Origin: Psychroserpens sp.
GTDB lineage: Bacteria; Bacteroidota; Bacteroidia; Flavobacteriales; Flavobacteriaceae
Assembly (NCBI RefSeq): GCF_045105015.1
Contig: NZ_JBGCCX010000115.1
Coordinates: forward strand, 5,857 to 69,856
DNA length: 64,000 nucleotides
Direction of reading: 5' to 3'
This document shows, in pieces, positions 57,915-64,000 of the stretch. A program made the translations under genes and the position numbers. Positions within the stretch are counted from its first letter, which is position 1. Each line of letters starts with the position of its first letter. The notes beneath the pieces were generated by a model. It was not told the DNA's origin. It searched no databases and saw nothing but the letters and a program-made list of their open reading frames with translations.

Positions 57915-60389
57915 TTATGAGCGACTAAAAAAGTTTTTAATTCGCTTCAATACTGATTTTTTATCCTTTTCATGATATGCATTTCCATAAACACCATAAC
58001 CATAGCCATAACCGTAACCATAACCGTAGCCATAACCGTAATTATGATTAGTTTTATGTTTGTAGAAGTTTAGAACAAAACTTATATTTTTAACTTCACC
58101 TGTTCTATACTTTGCATTAATAAGTGATAACATTCCTTTTTTAGTGTAATCGAGACGTATCATAAAAATGGTTGCATCTGCATACTGAGTTAACTCAAGT
58201 GCATCTGTTACTAATCCTAGTGGAGGTGTATCTAAGACAATCATGTCATAATCTTTTCTAAGGTCAATAATAAGATCATGCATTTTATCAGACATTAAAA
58301 GTTCTGATGGGTTTGGTGGTACAGGTCCAGACGGAACAATATCTAAGTTTTCGATTTGAGTAGAGTATTTAACCTCATCAAATGTATGTTCATCAATAAG
58401 ATAATTAACTACACCTAAATCATTTTCAATATTAAAATCGCCAAAGATTTTAGGTTTACGTAGATCTAGTCCTAGTAAGATAGTTTTCTTCCCTGACAAG
58501 GCGTAAACTGTTGCAATGTTAATTGAACAAAATGTTTTTCCTTCTCCACTAACCGAAGATGTGATCATTAATGTTCTACCTTCAGACGTTTTTTGTTTAC
58601 TATAAATAAACTGAAGACTAGATCTAATAGCTCTAAACGATTCTGAAACAGCAGATTTAGGCTTTTCAAATACAATTAAGTTATTTTTATAATTGTACTT
58701 ACCTATCAACCCTAAAATTGGAATTTTAGATAATTGTTCAATTTCATCAGATCCGTGAATAGTATTATCTAATAAAAAAAGAACAAATATTAAAAACATA
58801 GGAATGAAGAAACCAACCATCAAAGCCATCATGTAATTAAGCGACTTGTTTGGACCTATCAATCCACCACCAATATCTTTGGCTTCATCAATAATTGAAA
58901 TATCGGAAATGTTTGCTGCTTTAACAATTGCAGCTTCACTTCGTTTGGCTGTATAAAGATTGTATGCTTCCTGACTTATATCTAATTTTCTTTGAATTTT
59001 TAAATATTGTTGCTGATCTTCAGGAAGATCACTCAATTTAGCTTCTAAATTTGCTATACTTCGATTTATAGTTGACAGTCGAATACCTATCGTTTTCTTT
59101 GTAGAACTTAGTACTTCTAAAAGAACATTTTTTTCAGAATCAATTTTCTTATCCAATTCTTTAAATAAACCAGAACCTTCTTTTGTGGTATACTCTAAAT
59201 TTTGACGTTCGGCTGCTAATGTTATTATTTTTGAAACACTATTTAATATGTTATTTTCTTCAATTCCAACACTAGTAGGAGCGGCAATTTCGGTATAGTC
59301 TGTTTTTGTATTGAGATAGGTTTCTAAATTGTTTAAATAGTTTAATTTTAATTGCTCTTCTTCTTTATTTAAATCATATCCTTTTAGCTGATTAGAAATT
59401 TGAGACACCTCATCTGTGACATTAAATATTTTATTTTGTTTTCTGAATTTATTCATCTCATCAGTAACATCCTTGAGATTTGAGTTCACAGCAGCAAGAC
59501 TACTATCAATAAACTTAATAGTATTAGTAGCATATAAATTTTTACGTTCTAATTCAGACTTACTTAAGATAACCGAAGTAGTATTAAGAAAATCAACAAT
59601 TTTTGCTTTATTATTACCTGCAAGTTGAAGCTGTAATACAGATGGTGAAGATTTTGAAAATGGCGATATTATTATACTCCTTTTGTATCTATCTACAATC
59701 TTATCAAAACTTGAGAAGTTAATAAAAAACTCCGAACCTGGTTTAATATTTTTATCAGGATCAAAGAACAAACGTCCATTGATGAATGGTAAATCTATTA
59801 ATTCTCCATCTGTGTAGGTTTTTGCAAAAGGACCAGTTGGCACAGAAACTTTATCGACTGTTTTGTCTGCATATTTTTGAGCACTCTTTTTACTGGATTC
59901 AAATTCAGTAAAAACTTCAAAGGTTTTGTTATCTAAAACCCTAATTCCAACAGGATATTCTAAGATTTGAGGTTTCGTTTTATCTAACTGAAAACTAAAA
60001 GGAGCCTTCTTATAAATGTCTTCTTTTCTATATCTTCCTTCTTCAAGGTATTGGATATACATTTGCAATGAGTCGACAACTTTTTCATTGTGAGTTCTCG
60101 TCTTTATTGCTGTCATTATTTTACCGACTTTACCTGACACTCCACCCCAATTAAAAGAGATACTAGTATTTGCAGTAAAAAAAGGATTTTGATCATTCTC
60201 TACAGAAATCAGAGAATCTAATTTATATACATTTTGTTTTCTTACGTTTATTAGGTAGCCTATTAAAAGCGCTACACCAATACATATTAAAACAAATTTC
60301 CACAGATTTAGAACTTTAAATAAATAACCTCTAAAGTCAAAACTTACGCGACCTGTTTCTTCAGTATCTAAATAATCTTGATTCGACAT
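57915..60389 (-). CDS. wzc: Polysaccharide co-polymerase / tyrosine autokinase
   Basis: Two TMs flanking a periplasmic coiled coil; ESFR, SGEGKT, DLRKP, DTPP; C-terminal Tyr-Gly cluster. Confidence 0.92.
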   Translation of the reverse strand: MSNQDYLDTEETGRVSFDFRGYLFKVLNLWKFVLICIGVALLIGYLINVRKQNVYKLDSLISVENDQNPFFTANTSISFNWGGVSGKVGKIMTAIKTRTHNEKVVDSLQMYIQYLEEGRYRKEDIYKKAPFSFQLDKTKPQILEYPVGIRVLDNKTFEVFTEFESSKKSAQKYADKTVDKVSVPTGPFAKTYTDGELIDLPFINGRLFFDPDKNIKPGSEFFINFSSFDKIVDRYKRSIIISPFSKSSPSVLQLQLAGNNKAKIVDFLNTTSVILSKSELERKNLYATNTIKFIDSSLAAVNSNLKDVTDEMNKFRKQNKIFNVTDEVSQISNQLKGYDLNKEEEQLKLNYLNNLETYLNTKTDYTEIAAPTSVGIEENNILNSVSKIITLAAERQNLEYTTKEGSGLFKELDKKIDSEKNVLLEVLSSTKKTIGIRLSTINRSIANLEAKLSDLPEDQQQYLKIQRKLDISQEAYNLYTAKRSEAAIVKAANISDISIIDEAKDIGGGLIGPNKSLNYMMALMVGFFIPMFLIFVLFLLDNTIHGSDEIEQLSKIPILGLIGKYNYKNNLIVFEKPKSAVSESFRAIRSSLQFIYSKQKTSEGRTLMITSSVSGEGKTFCSINIATVYALSGKKTILLGLDLRKPKIFGDFNIENDLGVVNYLIDEHTFDEVKYSTQIENLDIVPSGPVPPNPSELLMSDKMHDLIIDLRKDYDMIVLDTPPLGLVTDALELTQYADATIFMIRLDYTKKGMLSLINAKYRTGEVKNISFVLNFYKHKTNHNYGYGYGYGYGYGYGYGVYGNAYHEKDKKSVLKRIKNFFSRS
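57993..58040 (-). repeat. Eight-copy 6-bp tandem repeat (TAY GGY) encoding the (YG)8 tyrosine cluster of Wzc
   Basis: TACGGT TATGGC TACGGT TATGGT TACGGT TATGGC TATGGT TATGGT on the minus strand. Confidence 0.85.
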
Positions 60390-60390
60390 T

Positions 60391-61185
60391 CTATGTTCTA
60401 TTAATTAACAAAATGGTAGTTGTGAGTAAACTTAAAATAGAAATTATGGTAGTTAATGTTTCTCTACCTGTTGTTCCAGTTCCCCAAGTTTTTTGTTTTA
60501 GTGGTTTAACATAAATGATATCATTTGGTTGAATGTAATAAAACGGAGAATTCATAACATTTTTATCTGTTAAATCAATTGTGTGTATTTGTTGTCCTTG
60601 TGGGTATTGCCTTATTATCTGAACTTCTTTTCTATTTCCTGTTAAATCAATCTCACCAGAATTTGCTATTGCTTCAAAAATATTTACCCGATTTTGAAAA
60701 AGTGTTATTGAACCTGGTGCTCCAACCTCACCATTAACAGTGAATCGTAGTCCTGCCAATTTAACTGTAATAAAAATATTAGCTGTTTCTTTAAATTGTT
60801 CTTCTAGAAGTTTTTCTTTAACCAGTTCTTCAATGGCCTCAGTCGTATAACCCAAAACATTAATTCTCCCTAACTCAGGTATTCTAATGTTGCCATGAAG
60901 ATCTACCATAAAACCATCAAAATAAGCACGTTCAGCATTAGATGCACCTAAATCTCCATCACCCACAGGGTTAAAGATAGTCACGTTATCTTGATCTAAA
61001 ACCTTAATACGAATATTCAAAATATCATTAACTTGAATCCTATAAGGCTTCTGCTGTTGAACCATAACTTGAGTTGAATCTGAGGAGGCACTCTTTTCTT
61101 GAAGGTAAACAATATCTTTATGAGGAATACATGATGTAGACAAGACACAAAGTAACAATCCTGAAAGCAATAATAGTCTATTCAT
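60391..61185 (-). CDS. wza: Polysaccharide export outer-membrane lipoprotein
   Basis: Lipobox STSC; YRIQVNDIL, G.I.IP.LG, V.GEV..PG, YYIQPNDIIYV.P motifs; ATG 61185 preferred. Confidence 0.9.
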   Translation of the reverse strand: MNRLLLLSGLLLCVLSTSCIPHKDIVYLQEKSASSDSTQVMVQQQKPYRIQVNDILNIRIKVLDQDNVTIFNPVGDGDLGASNAERAYFDGFMVDLHGNIRIPELGRINVLGYTTEAIEELVKEKLLEEQFKETANIFITVKLAGLRFTVNGEVGAPGSITLFQNRVNIFEAIANSGEIDLTGNRKEVQIIRQYPQGQQIHTIDLTDKNVMNSPFYYIQPNDIIYVKPLKQKTWGTGTTGRETLTTIISILSLLTTTILLINRT

Positions 61186-61288
61186 TATAAATTTGCTTGT
61201 TGCTTGACAAATATAACTTATCACTATTAATATCAAAACTATTCACAGTTTTTTTGAGTAATATCCGTTACTTTGTAAAAAAAATACT

Positions 61289-63157
61289 TTGAATTATATA
61301 ACTGTTGAGAATATTTCGAAATCTTATGGAGAATTAGAACTTTTTTCTAACCTCTCTTTCAGTATTCACAAAGACGACAAAATTGCTTTTGTTGCTAAAA
61401 ATGGAAGTGGCAAAACATCGATTTTAAATATTCTTTCTGGTGATGATACACCTGATTCAGGTCAGGTGGTTATGAGAAATGGATTGAGAATTTCTTTTTT
61501 ATCACAATCTCCACAATATGATAGTAATAGTACTATAAATGATACTATTTTTAATTCAGACTCTCCACAGCTAAAAATCATAGAAAATTATGAAAAAGCC
61601 TTATTAAACCCAGAAGACACAGAAACTTATCAAAAGGCTTTTGAACAAATGGATATTCATAATGCTTGGGAGTTTGAACTTCAGTTTAAACAGATACTGT
61701 CGCAATTAAAGCTGGATAATCTTAATCAAAAGATTAGTACCATGTCTGGTGGACAAATAAAACGATTAGCTTTAGCACAAGCCCTTATTAGTAATCCTGA
61801 TGTTCTTGTTTTAGATGAACCTACTAATCATCTCGACCTTGAAATGATAGAATGGTTAGAGCAATACTTTGCAAAATCTCAGTTTACGCTATTTATGGTG
61901 ACTCACGATCGCTATTTTTTAGAACGAGTTTGCAATGAAATCATCGAACTTGATCATGGGAAATTATATACATATAAAGGGAACTATACTTATTACTTAG
62001 AAAATAAACAAGCGCGAATTCAACTAGAACAAGTTGAAACAGGCAAAGCAAAACAACTCTTCAAAAAAGAATTAGAGTGGATGCGTCGTCAACCTAAAGC
62101 TAGAACAACAAAATCAAAATCTCGAATAGATGATTTTTCAGATATAAAAAAACGTGCACATCAACGTCGTAAAGATCATAAAATTCAACTCGAAATTAAT
62201 ATGGAACGCTTGGGAAGCAAAATTGTAGAGTTTCATAAAGTTTCAAAATCATTCAAAGACAAAGTCATCCTTAATGGATTTGAATACGTGTTTAAACGTG
62301 GTGAACGCATAGGCATAATTGGTAAAAATGGAACTGGAAAATCAACATTCTTAAACATGTTAACTCAATCCATTCAACCAGACGCAGGAAAAATCATTAT
62401 TGGAGATACCGTTAAATATGGTTATTATACTCAAGGTGGAATTGAAGTAAAACCTGAACAAAAAGTGATTGATGTCATCAAAGATTTTGGCGAGTACATT
62501 CCACTCGCAAAAGGGAGGCAGATTAGCGCAAAACAATTACTCGAACGTTTTCTTTTTGATGGTAAAAAACAGCATGATTTTGTTGAAAAATTAAGTGGTG
62601 GAGAACAAAAGCGATTATACTTATGTACAGTCTTAATTCAAAATCCAAACTTTTTAATCTTAGATGAACCAACAAACGATTTAGACATCGTGACATTAAA
62701 TATTCTAGAAGATTTTTTACTAGATTTCCCTGGCTGTCTTCTTGTAGTCTCGCATGATAGATATTTCATGGACAAAATTGTTGATCACTTATTCGTTTTT
62801 AAAGGAGGTGGTGAAGTTCAAGATTTCCCCGGAAACTATTCAGATTACAGAATTTATGAATCATCCCAACCTCAAGAAACAAAACCTGTAACAAGTAATT
62901 CTTCTGAAACCACAAAAAAGGACAACCAAAATAAAGCTCAAAAATTGTCTTATAACGAACAGAAAGAATACAAAAATTTAGAAAGTAAAATCCGTTCTCT
63001 TGAATTAGATAAAAAAGCTTTAGAAGAAAAATTCAATGACCCATCCCTTTCTCAAGATAAAATAAACGAATTATCAAAACAACTTCAAAGTATTATTGAT
63101 GATATGGAAGAAAAAGAAATGCGCTGGTTTGAATTGGCTGAAAAATTTGAGTCTTAA
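61289..63157 (+). CDS. ABC-F family ATPase (Uup-like)
   Basis: Two ABC domains (NGSGKT / MSGGQ / LDEPTNHLD and GKNGTGKST / LSGGE / LDEPTNDLD), no TM, C-terminal coiled coil. Confidence 0.92.
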   Translation: MNYITVENISKSYGELELFSNLSFSIHKDDKIAFVAKNGSGKTSILNILSGDDTPDSGQVVMRNGLRISFLSQSPQYDSNSTINDTIFNSDSPQLKIIENYEKALLNPEDTETYQKAFEQMDIHNAWEFELQFKQILSQLKLDNLNQKISTMSGGQIKRLALAQALISNPDVLVLDEPTNHLDLEMIEWLEQYFAKSQFTLFMVTHDRYFLERVCNEIIELDHGKLYTYKGNYTYYLENKQARIQLEQVETGKAKQLFKKELEWMRRQPKARTTKSKSRIDDFSDIKKRAHQRRKDHKIQLEINMERLGSKIVEFHKVSKSFKDKVILNGFEYVFKRGERIGIIGKNGTGKSTFLNMLTQSIQPDAGKIIIGDTVKYGYYTQGGIEVKPEQKVIDVIKDFGEYIPLAKGRQISAKQLLERFLFDGKKQHDFVEKLSGGEQKRLYLCTVLIQNPNFLILDEPTNDLDIVTLNILEDFLLDFPGCLLVVSHDRYFMDKIVDHLFVFKGGGEVQDFPGNYSDYRIYESSQPQETKPVTSNSSETTKKDNQNKAQKLSYNEQKEYKNLESKIRSLELDKKALEEKFNDPSLSQDKINELSKQLQSIIDDMEEKEMRWFELAEKFES

Positions 63158-63160
63158 TTT

Positions 63161-63931
63161 ATGTTTCAAATCATTGAATATTTAAAATTTCTTTTAAAAT
63201 CTACCAATCAATATGGTGTTCACTCTCCTTTTGTATACGATTTGGTTACCAAATGTTTTTATAACAACACTAAATACAAGGATTATACAAATCTTTCAGC
63301 ATATCGATTAGCTTTACTAAAAAACACAAAAGAAATTAAAATCACCGATTTTGGTTCAGGTTCTAGAGTATTCAAATCTAACACTAGAGCAATAGATTCA
63401 ATTGCAAAAACTTCTGGGACACCTTTAAAAAGAGTAAAGTTGCTTTATCGAGTTACGCAGTATTTCAAACCAAAATACACTTTAGAATTAGGAACTTCAC
63501 TAGGAATCGCAACACAGGCTTTGGCTTTAGGCCATCAAAAGAATCATATCACAACACTGGAAGGTTGCCCAAATATTTCAGATGTTGCCATGCAACAACT
63601 CAAAAATTTTAATATTACCAACACTACTGTAAAAACTGGGGAATTTAAAGCTTCACTCTCAGAACTAAAACAAGATCAATTTGATTTAGTTTTTTTTGAT
63701 GGCAACCACAATAAACTAGCTACTTTAGAATATTTTGACTTACTCATAAATAAAGCTCATCATGACTCCATATTCATTTTTGATGACATTCATTGGTCAA
63801 AACAAATGACTGAAGCTTGGGAGATTATTAAAAAACATCCAAAAGTAACTGTTACAATTGATACCTTTTTTTGGGGATTTGTTTTTTTTAGGAAAGAACA
63901 GCTAAAAGAAAATTTCACTATTAGACTGTAA
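63161..63931 (+). CDS. Class I SAM-dependent O-methyltransferase-like protein
   Basis: GVHSPFVY, LELGTSLG, FFDGNH, FDDIHWS motifs. Confidence 0.87.
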   Translation: MFQIIEYLKFLLKSTNQYGVHSPFVYDLVTKCFYNNTKYKDYTNLSAYRLALLKNTKEIKITDFGSGSRVFKSNTRAIDSIAKTSGTPLKRVKLLYRVTQYFKPKYTLELGTSLGIATQALALGHQKNHITTLEGCPNISDVAMQQLKNFNITNTTVKTGEFKASLSELKQDQFDLVFFDGNHNKLATLEYFDLLINKAHHDSIFIFDDIHWSKQMTEAWEIIKKHPKVTVTIDTFFWGFVFFRKEQLKENFTIRL

Positions 63932-64000
63932 CATACGTTAATGTATTGCGTCATATGGAGTGAAATCTGTATCTTGCAGAAACATCAACTAAAAAACCAA

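Noticed and set aside
57985-58040. Tandem repeat as a CRISPR array or phase-variation switch
   Set aside because: It is an in-frame 6-bp coding repeat with no spacers or cas genes
4543-59628. Short alternative-frame or antisense ORFs in the track (e.g. 4543, 6751, 10856, 15301, 16416, 16850, 17515, 18867, 22292, 23142, 24141, 28577, 31221, 31473, 37097, 37200, 40060, 41430, 45364, 57100, 59416)
   Set aside because: They lie wholly or almost wholly within well-supported genes and show no recognisable motifs
61186-61288. ops/JUMPstart element or invertible promoter upstream of wza
   Set aside because: No GGCGGTAG-like motif, flanking inverted repeats, UpxY gene or recombinase was visible

Overview
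AT-rich bacterial chromosome segment whose gene content and TAnnTTTG promoter elements point to Bacteroidota, most likely a Flavobacteriaceae member (inference). 1-19.4 kb is mostly housekeeping: parB 3' end, dapB, lepB, two rhomboids, mutL, ribH, recF, DciA-like, a cyclophilin-FKBP fusion, recQ, kdsD, tatC and lptB. 19.4-24.5 kb is a tightly packed minus-strand operon: pssA-like, TerC, DUF4956-like membrane protein, an unannotated 30-aa membrane peptide, a CotH-kinase-like/beta-helix protein and a VTC (polyphosphate polymerase-like) protein. This is the best candidate for an uncharacterised system, possibly polyphosphate synthesis/export coupled to extracytoplasmic phosphorylation. A PorV-like gene and a DUF4105/Lnb-like gene follow. 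26.9-61.2 kb is a ~34 kb minus-strand surface-polysaccharide locus combining Wza/Wzc with Wzm/Wzt export. It encodes ten GT2/GT4 glycosyltransferases, an exostosin-like GT47, two sulfotransferases, two pyruvyl transferases, two methyltransferases, three AsnB-like proteins and a transglutaminase-like protein. The window ends with an ABC-F ATPase and a methyltransferase. No rRNA, tRNA, CRISPR array or mobile element was recognised. All family calls are from motif recognition by eye; no searches were run.
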